Of a stretch of 64,000 bases of DNA, positions 14,077 through 27,026 are shown in pieces. The stretch comes from Octopus vulgaris (lineage: Eukaryota), in assembly GCA_951406725.2 (NCBI GenBank), contig OX597833.1, positions 71,052,001 through 71,116,000 of the forward strand, read 5' to 3'. Every line of letters starts with the position of its first letter. The first letter of the stretch is position 1. The translations under genes were made by a program, and so were the position numbers. The notes under the pieces were generated by a model. The model saw only the letters and a program-made list of their open reading frames with translations, was not told the DNA's origin and made no database searches.

Positions 14077-14859
14077 CGTTTTCGATTCGTAATCTTTAAA
14101 CATTATATGCTTTAAACATATACATCCAAAGAAACTACAATCATTTTGGTTGTACTCAATAAATTCCGACTCTATTCTATAGGGATGCCCAATTCTTTCC
14201 AAGAAAAATTTAATAAAGAAGACTTCAACCTAATCATATGATACTCGTTGTTTTATTTAGTTTCCAGTCAACCACGAAGGAATGACCCATGGTCAAAGGC
14301 ATTTCAGCCACGACCTTCCTGACTACTGTTAGCTGGTGCGTCCTTTTTCATTTGAAGACATAACAGTGGGTTGAGAAAAATTTAGCTGTTATTTCTAACA
14401 GGCTTAGCAGCAATGTGAAGGATCCTTCGTAGAAACGGACGGTCGTGGGCCATCGGAAAGTTGTCTTTGCTATGGACACTGTACAGCGCCGGTCATACAA
14501 TTCCTTGGCTTACTACAACAGCCAATTCCTACAAAGAAAACCAGATATTCCACACCGTTTCAATATAGACTACACACATTCCGAGGTTAGGTTGTTTTAC
14601 TTCGAAGTTCACCAAACTGTGAGTATGCAGGTACTTCCAGATGGGCTGACATTACAGTCCACCTTTGTCGAGCTGAGTCCGCTCTGTACTAATAATGTAA
14701 AGCGTGGTTGTATACGATTTAACACCCAAAGGTGTCAAATGTTGGGCTGAAAAATGTTCACGTCTCTCGCTCGCGATTTCTTTCTACAAATTTCTGAAAA
14801 TTCTTTACCAATGAATAAAATGAATAAAATGTGTTGAATTTGAATATTCAGACTTTTTT

Positions 14860-15200
14860 TTACATACATAACACGGAGTCATAGTGCTAGTGCATGCATA
14901 TTACAGCTGCGTGGGTGCGCGCATACACACGAATACTGTCCAAATCTCTGACCAATCACATACAGCTAGCTGGCATTCAATTGGCGTATCAAGTTTCAGG
15001 CATTTTGATTGGGTTTGGGATAGAAAATTCACAAAAAAGTCACTTCTATTGATTTCTTAATGGCTTTGCGGGGTGACTGGGGAAATGTAAAGATGTGCAC
15101 GATCACCCTTGGACGGTTTTGAATGACCATAGAAAGTGCGAGCCCTCTAACTGTGGATTTGTATAAAGGACATGCACACAGACATTTTGCCGTTTATATA
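14860..15200 (-). mobile_element. Helitron-like 5' fragment
   Basis: Minus strand begins tatatataaacggcaaaatgtctgtgtg, the same style of 5' end as 15877. 3' end not identified. Confidence 0.35.
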
Positions 15201-15234
15201 TATATATATATACACACATACATATCGTGGCACT

Positions 15235-15609
15235 ACGTCGGTTACGACGACGAGGGTTCCAGTTGATCCGATCAAGGGAACAGCCTTCTCGTGATATTAA
15301 CGTGCAAGTGGCTGAGCACTCCATAGACACGTGTACCCTTAACATAGTTCTCGGGGAGATTCAGCATGACACAGAGTGTGACAAGGCTGACCCTTTGAAA
15401 TACAGATACAACAGAAACAGGGAGAAAGAGTGAGAGAAAGTTGTGGTAGAAGAGCACAGCAGGGTTCGCCACCGCTCCCCTGCCGAAACCTCGGGGAACT
15501 TTAGATGTTTGCGCTCAATAAACACTCACAACGCCCGGTCTGGGTATCGAAACCGCGATCCTACGACCGTAAGTTCGTTGCCCTAAGCACTGGGCCATTG
15601 CGCCTCCAC
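15235..15609 (-). mobile_element. SINE family B
   Basis: Homology to 1-213 and 22328-22660. Confidence 0.85.
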
Positions 15610-15876
15610 TACACACACAGAGCAGTAACCTGGGTCTCTAACTCGCAGCTATAGAAAGTAAGGGCACTGCTGTCTGAAAAGCATTAAAGACCCCGGGGAA
15701 ATAGGTGATCTGGGCTCTATAGCACTTATTTTTTAAGCAAACCACAGCAGACATAGATCAGAATTGGGTCCCCATACCCTTGAGCTCCTTGGGCAACTGT
15801 CCAGTGTATCCATGCTCTAAAATGGCACTTTCCTTAGGGAATTTCATTCTGCCTTGTTTTTATGTAACCCAGGTTA

Positions 15877-16279
15877 TCTTTATATATAAAAGTGAGGTTG
15901 TGTGCTGTCTGTCTCCTACGATTTAGATTCCTAACTACTCCCACATTTTGCGGTGCAGTGTAACCAATACCGGGTATCTTATAGTCGTGATTCATATCGA
16001 GCCCTTCTGGGTATTAGCGCGCGTCTACGATGAGTCTACGATTTTTAAAATAATTTACCATAATTTTTTTTCCATTTTAATGCATTTTTTCGCTATTATA
16101 TAAGGGAAGTAACTCTCTAAAAATGTCTACGATGAGTCAACGATTTTTAAAAAAATTTACCATCATTTTTTTCCCATTTTTAATGCATTTTTTTTGCTAT
16201 TTTTTTGGCTATAACTCTCTAAAAATGCTTTATAGTTATTTCCCTTACAAACCCGAGCAACGCCGGGCGATACTGCTAG
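15877..16279 (+). mobile_element. Non-autonomous Helitron (complete)
   Basis: 5' TC (a|TCtttatatataaa), 3' hairpin cccg-agcaacg-ccggg then CTAG|t, inserted between A and T with no TSD, internal tandem subrepeats. Confidence 0.8.
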
Positions 16280-17684
16280 TTAAACATATAATTACGATAT
16301 TATACTAATAAGCTAAAGGCGGCGGCGACTGCCAGAATCGTTCGCCCCAATGTGCTTGGCGACATTTCATCCAACACTTTATGTTCTGAGTTCAAAACCG
16401 GTCGAGTTTAACTTCGCCTTTCATGTTTCAGTGTCGATAAAATACAATTGCCAGTCAAGTATTGCGATCGATGGAATCGATTAACTCCCTCACCCCTCCT
16501 CCTATAATTGCTGGCCATATTCAAACATTCGAAGCTATTATGCAACGATCACGAGCAAGTTACTGAATGGTTAAAAAGTATTGATTTCTTTTTCTTTCTA
16601 CAAAAATTGTTTTTTTTTAATTTTATTAAAATAATTGTAATTTACACTTTCGAAAATATATCACTGAAAATATTCATAAAAATTATTCAAAAAGCTATGA
16701 GAAAATATATCGAGTGGGGGCACTAAACTGTAGTTATACCGGTTGGTGTGGCAATTAAATGTCATAAAATGATTTTTATTTCCTTATTCATAGTTCTTTA
16801 TTTCATATTCCAATTCTGCGATGAATTTATAACATTTGAGCACTTTTAATCTTTTCCCTTATATTTTCACCGGCTTTTTGCAGACTTCAGCAAGAATTTA
16901 TTGTATGTTTTTTCTTAAAATTCTAAACAATTTATCAGTTCGACTGAACATCTGTTTGTTTGTGTATAAAGGTGTATATAAAGTTTATGCCATAGCGACT
17001 CCTCTGGGAACTACACTAACCCCACATGGTTTATAAACGGTAATATTGTTTCTAGCTTCGTAGGTTTCTTGAAGTACTAAAAGCACGAGAAAATTATGTT
17101 TAGAATAAAATCTTACTACGAAAGGATCCCTACAAAGTCATTTCCCCTCACAGAGGCAGGAAGGCTTGACAAAAGGTTATCTTTTCCAGAAAAGGATGGT
17201 AGACAACCTTATTCTGTGTGTTGCTTGTGATGAGGCAATAACGTGGAGTGGTGTCCAGCTATCATAAAGTTTACGGTCGTAGGGAATTGTCCTTAAAAAT
17301 GAAAGTAGATTACGACAGGAACCGGAAGTGACGACAGTGGTATCCCTTAATACGATACAAACAATACGTAACGTAACCGATGTAAAAATGTAGAATGTAG
17401 AAATATAAAAACCGTCCATATATCTAATATATATAAGAGTTTATGTGTGCGTGTGTGTGCACGCATGTTCCTTATGCATTCGAAATGTGAGATGCCGATT
17501 TTGACGTATTAGGTATCAAAAGATTCAGTAATGTTTCGGCTACCAAATAAACTTTATTTTCATTTACATATTTTCTACATTCTCTTAACAACCAGAATTA
17601 TTTGAAAAATACTACTCTACAATCGGAATTAGTCACATCTGTACCATGATAAAGAAAGTTGCTTATAATCTATCTATCTATCTA

Positions 17685-17758
<74 letters not shown>

Positions 17759-17844
17759 TTAGAGACAAAACCACTATTTTGCAAAACAAACAAGGAAAGA
17801 CTTAATCAATACATAAAATTTTAATAAAAAGTCAAAAAAAACCG

Positions 17845-17887
17845 CCACTACAATTGTTTCTTGTCTTGATCGACAATCTTCAGGTGG
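17845..17887 (-). ncRNA. Minimal type I hammerhead ribozyme motif (intact core)
   Basis: Minus strand CCAC-CUGAAGA-UUGUC gaucaa GACAA-GAAA-C AAUU G-UA^-GUGG: stem I CCAC/GUGG, core CUGANGA and GAAA, 5 bp stem II, palindromic stem III, GUA cleavage triplet. Confidence 0.85.
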
Positions 17888-17940
17888 ACTTCCAATCTAT
17901 ATATATATATATATGTATGTCTCTCTCTCTCTCTCTCTCT

Positions 17941-18275
17941 TTTTTACTTGTTTCAGTCATTTGACTGCGGCCATGCTGGATCACCGCCTTTAATCGAGCA
18001 ACTCGACCCCGGGACTTATTCTTTTGTAAGCCGGTTTCTTTTGCCGAACCGCTAGGTAACGGGGACATAAACACACCAGCATCGGTTGTCAAGCAATGCT
18101 AGGGGGCAAACACAGACACACAAACACGCATACGCATATATATGATGGGCTTCTTTCAGTTTCCGTCTACCAAATCCACTCACAAGGCTTTGGTCGGCCC
18201 AAGGCTATAGTAGAAGAATTGCCCAAGGTGCCACGCAGTGAACCATGTGGTTGGTAAGCAAGCTACTTCTGCGCC
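17941..18275 (-). mobile_element. SINE family A (small internal deletions)
   Basis: Homology to 4493-4890. Confidence 0.85.
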
Positions 18276-18523
18276 TATGTATGTATATATAAAGATATAT
18301 ATATATACTTTTATTGCGCCCCTTCGTCCTGTCAACTAAAATCTTGAAAACACTACATATGACAGTAACAAATGACATTGACAAAAGGAAAGAGTTTTCA
18401 ATGAGATGTTAACAGTGCGAAAAATCAATGATATCTATGAATGAACAACTTTTAAAAACTAAAGTCGATAGAGACCTAGAAATTCACAGATGTCTATTCT
18501 AAATAAGACACCTGGGACGTGAA

Positions 18524-18595
18524 GGGGATGTAGCTCAGTGGTAGAGCGTTCGCTTCGCAAGTGAAAGGCCCCGGGTTCGATCCCCGGCATCTCCA
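18524..18595 (+). tRNA. tRNA-Ala(CGC)
   Basis: Same body as the other copies but the anticodon loop is TT-CGC-AA. G3:U70 present, T-run downstream. Confidence 0.93.
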
Positions 18596-18663
18596 TTGAA
18601 AATAATTTTTGCTTTGGCTTGTTCTAAAAGTTTGTATTGTGTATGCATAACACGTCGCGTTTT

Positions 18664-18696
18664 TTGCATGTTATGTGAAAGGTCCCGGCCTCTCCA
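18664..18696 (+). pseudogene. tRNA-Ala 3' half relic with T-arm deletion
   Basis: tttgcatg-tt-atgtgaaaggtcccggcctctcca matches TTTGCATGTGAAAGGCCCCGG[GTTCGATCCCCGG deleted]CATCTCCA. Confidence 0.6.
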
Positions 18697-18764
18697 GGTG
18701 GAGTATTTTTATTTTGTATATGATGTACAATGAATTCACTAATGTCGTGTATTTTTTTTGTGAC

Positions 18765-19095
18765 CCCCTTCGGTCAGACACTGACCATGGGTTTGCACCT
18801 AGAGAGTTACCCTCTGAGGCACAGGTCTGGGCAAGGTTTGTTTTATGGAAGACCAGCAGTCGCCCATGCATACCGGCCTCCCCTCTCCATGTCACCGATG
18901 TCATCCAAGGGAAAGGCAAAGGGGCCGATACAGCTTGGCACCTGTGACGTCGCAATTCATTTCTACAGCTGAGTGAAGTGGAGCAACGTGAAATAAAGTG
19001 TCTTGCTCAAGAACACAACAAGCAGCCCGGTCCGGGATTCGAGCTCACAACCTCACGATTGTAAGCTCGACGCTCTAACCACTGAGCCACGCGCC
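18765..19095 (-). mobile_element. tRNA-derived SINE, family D
   Basis: Minus-strand head ggcgcgtggctcagtggttagagcgtc...gctcgaatccc. Second copy at 60125-60380. Confidence 0.8.
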
Positions 19096-20694
19096 CACGC
19101 GCCAGTGAAGGCGCGTGGCTCAGTGTCGTGTATATCATTAAATTAATTGACTATAACATATCGCCAGAAGTTAACCTCTCCACCTTCATCATCATGTTCT
19201 AAATTCGGATACGACTGAGGGTGGACTTGAGGCCGGCAATATATCGACTGATGACACACATGGCTGCTGTTGTCATGGGGTTTACGACCGTGTAGGACCT
19301 GCTATTCTGTTTTAAGTATTACTTCAAAATAAACCGACACACTTTTAGCTATTTCTATGCCTTATTAATATTTATTTTTGAGCGTGGATTCTTAGTTTTA
19401 AGAAGAAATAATGACGGGGTCTCTGATTAAGTACCCACATCTTCAGGGAGAAAGGAAAGAATAATGTTTGTCTTCGATTTTTGGCATCCCTACGATTAAC
19501 GCAATGGAAATTATGATTCTGAAAGAATTTTTCGTTTTTAAATTTTTAATTGTTAAGAAAAATTTACTTGATGTCAATTAGACTGGTGAACCTTTTATGA
19601 ATTGGGTATAACGATCAGTGCAATATCTTGGAGGACAGACAGGTAGATAAAAGGTGGAAGTTAGACAAGTCAAATAGCCAGCTTTAATGAGGAGAAATTC
19701 CAAAAGTAGCAATATATAAAAAAAAAAGAATGAAGCGACAGCATGTATATAGGTGAGCAATTCCAAGCCAGTTAATTGGGTGGCCATTTCTTTTTCCTTT
19801 TCTAGATGCAATCTCATGTGTCTGTCTGTATGCAGTAGCAACTCCCGTCCCAGATATGGTAATTGTACTTAGGACTTGAATAGATTTCGGAATTGTCGAA
19901 AGCAGAAGCATTAGGTGGCTTCAAAAGAAATGATCAGTGTTTGGGATACAGTTTTTTATCGTTTTTTTTTTTGTCTATGATATGGATACAAGTTAATTAA
20001 TGTTTGTCTGACGTAACTTGTGATTTTCATACATTATCGTTGCCCATGATTTAGGGTGGTGAGGTACACGATGGCTTCCTTGATACGTGTAGTGGTCGTA
20101 GAAGGCGATAAGATTGGAGATTTTTTTTTCTTTTGTGGTGTCTGTTCAATGAAGCAATGTAAATTTAGTGCGAAGTGTATCGGTGGCATGTGGACAGTGC
20201 ATATATGCGGAAGGCTAGGAAGGAATGAACAGTTATATATGTATCATTTAAGGTGACAGCAAGGAGGAATCGTATGGGTGACATAGATGAATCTTGGGGT
20301 ACGCTAGAGTTAATGGACTGTGATTTGGTGGTGTCGGCTAATTCAAAAACTAAAAAGAAGGATAGAACCCATATTGAGGCAGTTCAGCTTGAAAATTGCC
20401 ATGACAGATAAAGTGAACTCGGGGTTGAATAACGAAAGGATCACAGTTTGCCCACGTCTCTCTTTATCTCTGTCTTTTCCTCTCAAAAATTGAGCCCCTT
20501 CGCCTTGTCTACTAAAACTAAGTACTACACATGAGAGAAATAAGCGACATTGACAAAATGAAAGAGTTTTTAATGAGCTGTAAACAACGTGAGAAATCAA
20601 TGTTATCAGTAAATGAAACACGTCAAAAGCTAAATTCAATGGAGTCCTAAAAATTCGCAGATGTTAATTTTAAATACAGCACGTTTGACGTGAC

Positions 20695-20766
20695 GGGGAT
20701 GTAGCTCAGTGGTAGAGCGTTCGCTTTGCATGTGAAAGGCCCCGGGTTCAATCCCCGGCATCTCCA
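20695..20766 (+). tRNA. tRNA-Ala(TGC), T-loop TTCAATC variant
   Basis: Full cloverleaf, B box GGTTCAATCC, T7 terminator. Confidence 0.95.
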
Positions 20767-20991
20767 GATCGGTTTTTTTCTTTCCCCAACCATAAATTTT
20801 TGTATTAATATATAATAAATACGCTACACACAACACCAGTAAATACACAGAATATCGTTTTTACAACTAAGCTGCCATTGTTTATAAGAAACGTCTCGAG
20901 GTAGTATCCTGACCCCGGCTCTTTTCAAATGGTGTACCTTGTTCCACTGGACTCTGCACGACTTGTTGAACCGCAAAGCTGTGGGACAGTT

Positions 20992-21377
20992 ACTTTTTTT
21001 TTACTTATTTCACTCATTTGACTGTGGCCATGCTGGAGCATCACCCTTAGTCGAGCAAATCGACCCCAGGGCTTATTCTTTGTAAGCCTTGTACTTATTC
21101 TATCGGACAATTTTGCCGAACCGCTACGTTACAGGGACGTAAACAAACCAGCATCAGTTGTCAAGCGATGTTGGAGAGACAAACACAGACACACAAACAT
21201 ATACACATACATATATACGACGGGCTTCTTTCAGTTTCCGCCTACCAAATCCACTCACAAGGCTTTGATCGGCCCGAGGCTATAGTAGAAGGCACTTGCC
21301 CAAGGTGCCATGCAGTGGGACTGAACCCAGAACCATGTGGTTCGTAAGCAAGCTACTTACCACACAGCTACTCCTAC
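20992..21377 (-). mobile_element. SINE family A
   Basis: Homology to 4493-4890. Confidence 0.85.
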
Positions 21378-22917
21378 GGGTGGATTATAAAGACAGCGGC
21401 ACCTCTGCCCAGGCAGTGACAATGTATAAAGACAGGCAAACCAACGAACGATTGCCAATAAACACACGCGGCACCTACACACACTTCCGCTGTTCGACCA
21501 ACTGAATGACCTTTCTACTAGAACAGTATCAAAGCAATGTTTTTTTCTTGTTTTTGCTGCAGCTCAGGCGTATCTATGTGGGTAAGAAGCTTGCTTTATA
21601 ACCATTTGGATTTGGGTTCAGTCCCACTGCACAGCATTTAAGGCAAATGTCTTCTACTATAGCACCAGGCTAGCTAAAACCTTGTGAGTTGATTTGAGAT
21701 GGAAACTGAAAGAAGCCTATTGTATATATATAAGACCGTTTTAGTTCTTTTAGTCAATGGACATGCTGTGGCACCACCTTGAAGTCAAACAAATCAGCCT
21801 CACCTCTTATTTTTAAAGCCTGCTACATATTCTCTGTCACTTTTCATGAACCATTAAGTTACGGGAACATAAACAAACCAATACATATTATCAAGCAGTA
21901 GGTGAGCTACAAGCACAACACACATCCAGGCTTCTTTCAGTTTCTGTCTGCCAAATCTACTCACAATGCTTTGGCCGGCCTAAGGCCACTAGCATAGCTA
22001 GGGGGTAGGGCAGTCTGTCCTGGGCAGCACTTTTGGGTCTGCTGTAGGCAATATATCTCTTTTGTGGGGTCTGGGGTCAACAAACAAAATTCTCCTCTCC
22101 CGGATGGCACACACTCTAGCTATGCTAATGCCCAAGGCTATAGTGAAAGACACTTTATCAAGGTACTTCATAGCGAGACTGAACAGAAAATCCCCATGGC
22201 TGGGAAGCTAACCATGTCAAGTCAAACTGGAGCCTGGTGCAGCTCCCCCAGTTCTCCAGTTTCCAGTCCAACCCATGCCAGCATGGGAAACAAACATTAA
22301 GTGATGATGGTCATGATGTTGAAGCAGTCCGTCGGTTCCGACGACAAGGGTTCCGGTTGATCCGATGAACGGAACAGCCTGCTCGTGAAATTAACGTGTA
22401 AGTGGCTGAGCACTCCACAGACACGTGTACCCTTAACGTAGTTCTTGGGGATATTCAGCGTGACACAGAGAGTGACAAGGCTGGCCCTTTGTAATACAGG
22501 TACAACAGAAGCAGGAAGTAAGAGTGAGAGAAAGTTGTGGTGAAAGAGTACAGCAGGGATAACCACCATCCCCTGCCGGGGCCTCGTGGAGCTTTAGGTG
22601 TTTTCGCTCAATACGACCGCGAGTCCGCTGCCCTAACCACTGGGCCATTGCGCCTCCACATATACACATATAATCTATACATGGCTGTGCAGTTAGGATA
22701 TATCATCATCATCATCAAACGTCCGCTTTCCATGCTGGCATGGGTCGGACGATATATATCATTTAACATACACAGTATTTGTATTTGAGCTACTTATAGT
22801 TTCATGCTGTGGATACACAACTTGGCATGCATTAGCCTGAAGGATCGCTTCATGACACAATATATAAATCTGCCAAGTTATTGAGTTTCCACCACATTAG
22901 TAGCTCGTGATAACTGT

Positions 22918-23226
22918 ACGTAAAAAGCACCATCCGAACGTGGCCGATGCCAGCGCTGCCTTGACTGGCTTCTGTGCTGGTGGCACGTAAAAAGCACCAA
23001 CCGATCGTGGCCGTTGCCAGCCTCGCCTGGCCCCTGTGCCGGTGGCACGTAAAAATCACTCACTACACTCACGGAGTGGTTGGCGTTAGGAAAGCATCCA
23101 GCTGTAGAAACACTACCAGATCAGACTGGAGCCTGGTGCAGCCTCCTGGCTTCCCAGAACCCGGTTGAACCATCCAACCCATGCTAGCATGGAAAACGGA
23201 CGTTAAATGATGATGATGATGATGAT
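22918..23226 (+). mobile_element. Non-LTR retroelement 3' end with internal ~50 bp subrepeats and (GAT)n tail (family E)
   Basis: ggcacgtaaaaagcacc subrepeats, then ...catgctagcatggaaaacggacgttaaatgatgatg. Copies at 28262-28510, 29380-29640, 51900-52292, 52680-52925 and 56545-56880. Confidence 0.75.
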
Positions 23227-26200
23227 ATTTATTTACATTATTTTCATTTGAAGGATATTTGCCCTCATCTTGTTTGTTGTTAACACGTTTCAGCTGATGT
23301 ACCCTCCAAGACTTTATCAGGTGTCTTGGGGAAATTTCGAACCTGGGTTCTCATTCCTAAGGTATTTTTTGCTGTTGTTGTTGTCATTATTATTTCCCAT
23401 ATGCTTACAGCTGTTTCATAACCTTCAAAATTATGTGACCATGTGTGCATCAGTATGTATACTCAGCGTTATACAATACAATGTTATATTCGTGAATGAA
23501 TGCAAGTAAAGTTAATTCATCAAATGAGTGGAACTTTATGGTCACATCTACAATTGAAGTCTCAGAGTATCTATCACTTCCTGGACAATCAGAACACCTG
23601 TTACACCACAGAGCATCGGTCACTTCAGTTCCTCAAATTAGGTCCTAAAAATGCGTTTATTCTATTTCAAATGTACTGCGCTCTCTATCACCATTATAAT
23701 TCATCAGTGACTAAGCAACAGCAGAATAGGTTATTCTGCCGTTACGGTCTGAGTTCAAATTCCGCCGAGGTCGACTTTGCCTTTCATCCTTTCGGGGTCG
23801 ATAAATTAAGTACCAGTTACGCACTGGGGTTGATTTAATCGACTTAATCCGTTTGTCTGTCCTTGTTTGTCCCCTGTGTTTAGCCCCTTGTGGGCAGTAA
23901 AGAAATAGAATAGGTTATTCTGCTACGGTCAACTTTGCCTTTCATTCTTTCGGGGTTGATAAATTAAGTACCAGTTACACACTGGAGTCGATTTAATCGA
24001 CTCAATCCGTTTGTCTGTCCTTGATTGTCCCCTCTATGTTTAGCCCCTTGTGGGCAGTAAAGAAATAGAATAAGTTATTCTGTTAATGCACAGCAGAGTG
24101 GAGTATCTTGTTTCAGTTCAAATATTTGAGATAAGAAACAACTCAATGAATCTAATTATGGATTAATTACTGAAACTTTTGGAGGTTATCATTAACAAGA
24201 CTGAGAAGATCAACAAGTTAATCTCTTGACCAACGGGGGGGGGATAAAACATTTCTTTATCACTATCCTGTCGGTTTCCATTTTCTGCTGCAAAATTGGT
24301 GTCTGATGTCACCTCTAAGTTACTTTTATTCCATGTCTTTAGATCTTCTTGCTTACATCACACAACTATAGTTAAATACGGTGAACCAACAAGGAGACCT
24401 CTCAGTGTGGTTGCTTGACCTGCTACAAATAACAGCGAGATCTCACTCAAATCATACCATGTTAAAAAGAATGGAAGGATACCTTAATGTTATCAGACAC
24501 ACCCTGAAAAAAAAACATAAGAAATTGGGGTAGTCAAACCTGGAAAGTCTTTTGCTTTTTAGTAGATGAGTCAGTAGGGAGTTGGATGCGGTGCTTGGGA
24601 CCATTTCCAGGGCTTTTGAAACTGGCGAGAGGAAAGGAGTAAGTTATACTCAAACTGAAAACCTGGCTTCAGTTCTTTTGACGGAATGAACCTCACTAGA
24701 GAACCACAAAGAAGTGATAAGCTGGGTAACATTAAACTACCACCTCTCAGTCTATTTGATCAGGGTTGGCCATGGATGGAACAACAGGAACTAATGAAAA
24801 TACCAAACACTTACTTTATCATAATTATCATCATTTTAATGTTCCTTTTTACATGGCTAAGGATGAAGCAAATTTCCTACAGCCAGATGCCCTGCACCTT
24901 GCAAACCCTGATCTGTTTCCAAGCAAAATAATATTTCTCCAGACATGTCTACATAAAAGACTGGAACTGAAGAACACCGCCAATATGACAATGGTATTTG
25001 TTTATGACTATTGGTAGATCTCAAGGCATAGAGTGGTTGGCATGTTCTTGAGCAAAACACTTCATCTTTTTCACACCTGACACGTGGTACTCTGTGCTAA
25101 TGTACATCTGATCACTATATTAAAAAAAGTCATTTGTGCAGGTTGATTGGCTAAAGTTGAATGCTCATACATTGTCTTTGATGGTCCTCCTTTTCCTCCT
25201 CATCATCTCTGACTCTGTAAAGAAGGGGTCACCAAACTCTTTTCAGGGCGGGTCATACAACTGAGAGAATAATGAGCGTGGGCCACATAACCATTTTGAT
25301 CAATACAATATGTAGGAAAGGAGATGGAAAAAAATTTTTTCCATCTCTTTTCCTACATATTGAGAAGGGGCCATTTACCTGATGCAAAGAGAGTTTTATC
25401 TTCTTTCGTATCATCTCTCTCTCTCTACATATATATATATGTGTATATAAGTACTTATGTATGTATATTTGTATACGTGTGTGTGTGTGTAGTTTACATA
25501 CGAATACACACACACATATATATATGCATCTACATACACACACTCTTATCTGTTTAATGTCTAAAACAATAAACACAGCTGAGAACAATACAAATTTCAC
25601 CCCCTTGTTTCCAATTCTCTGACTGAGTTTCCTCCCTCTAGCCACCAACTCCTAACAGGACTTGCTTCATATTTTATCTTCTCAGCAAATTCCTTCCCAG
25701 CAGCAATCATCAGCTTCCCCTTTTTTTTTTTATCTTCCTCTCTTACCACCCCCACCCCTCACATCCCTTGTAATCTTTCTACTTTCATTAAACCTTTCAA
25801 AGGCCAATTTTTAATGATTCCTGCCAACACATCTTTGCAAAGTCCTCTATAAACATACATCAGTTTACTGGAGGAAAAAAAAAACTAATAATTTAGTAAT
25901 TAGGAGAGGATTTAAAAAGAAATCAAATCATCATCATCATCGTTTAACATTCGTTAAATTCCACACAACCCAAAGTCGTTGATTTCATCTTTTACTTTCC
26001 TAAGTCATTAGAAGTGGCCATGCTGGAGCACTGCCTCAAAGTATTTTAGTCGAACTGACCCCAATACTTATTTGTTTTAAAGCCCGGTACTTATTCTGTC
26101 AGTCTCTTTTGCTGAACTGCAAAGTCACAGGGACGTAAACACACCAACGTTGGTTAAGTGGTGGTGGGAGACAGACGCAGATACAAACACTTATATGTAT

Positions 26201-27026
26201 ATATTTGTGTGTGTGTATATTTGTGTCGTTACGTTCTGAGTTCAAATTCAGCCGAGGTCAACTTTGCCCTTCATCCTTTTGGGGTCGATAAATAAAGTAC
26301 CAGTTTCGCACTGGGGCGATATAATCGACTCAATCCCTTCGTCTGTCCTTGTTTGTCCCCTCTATGTTAAGCCCCTTGTGGGCAGTAAAGAAATATATAT
26401 ATATATATATACACACACATATATATACTTTTATTTGTTTCACTCATTTGACTGCAGCCATGCTGGAGCACTGCCTTTAGTCGAACAAATCACCCCCCAG
26501 GGTTTATTCTTTGTAAACCTAGCACTTATTCTATCAGTCACTTTTGCTGAACTGCTAAGTTATGGGGATGTAAACTCACCAACATTGGTTGTCAAGCAAT
26601 AGCGAGGGAGGAGGGACAAACATATACATATATATATGATGGGCTTCTTTCAGTTTCCCTCTACCAAATCCACTCACAAGGCTTTAGTTGGCCCAAGGTT
26701 TTTAAATTTGTTTACAGGAAACGTTTTGAATATTCAAATAAATCTATTCAATTATGCTGGCCACAGTGTAATGATGCTGACAGATGAACCAGGGTTTTGG
26801 TGCTGCGTCAAGCCTTACCGATAGAATGTAGGGTAAATACGGTAATAATAATAACAACAATAATCTTTGGATGGAATCTATGAACATTGAAGGCATTGCT
26901 ACATGCATTGCCACAAGTCACATTTCTCTTAAAATCATGGAAACATGATTTGTGGAAAAGCACCAAGTAATGCAATTAAATGTTTATAAATTCCACCCAA
27001 GGATTATTGTGATTATTATTATTATT

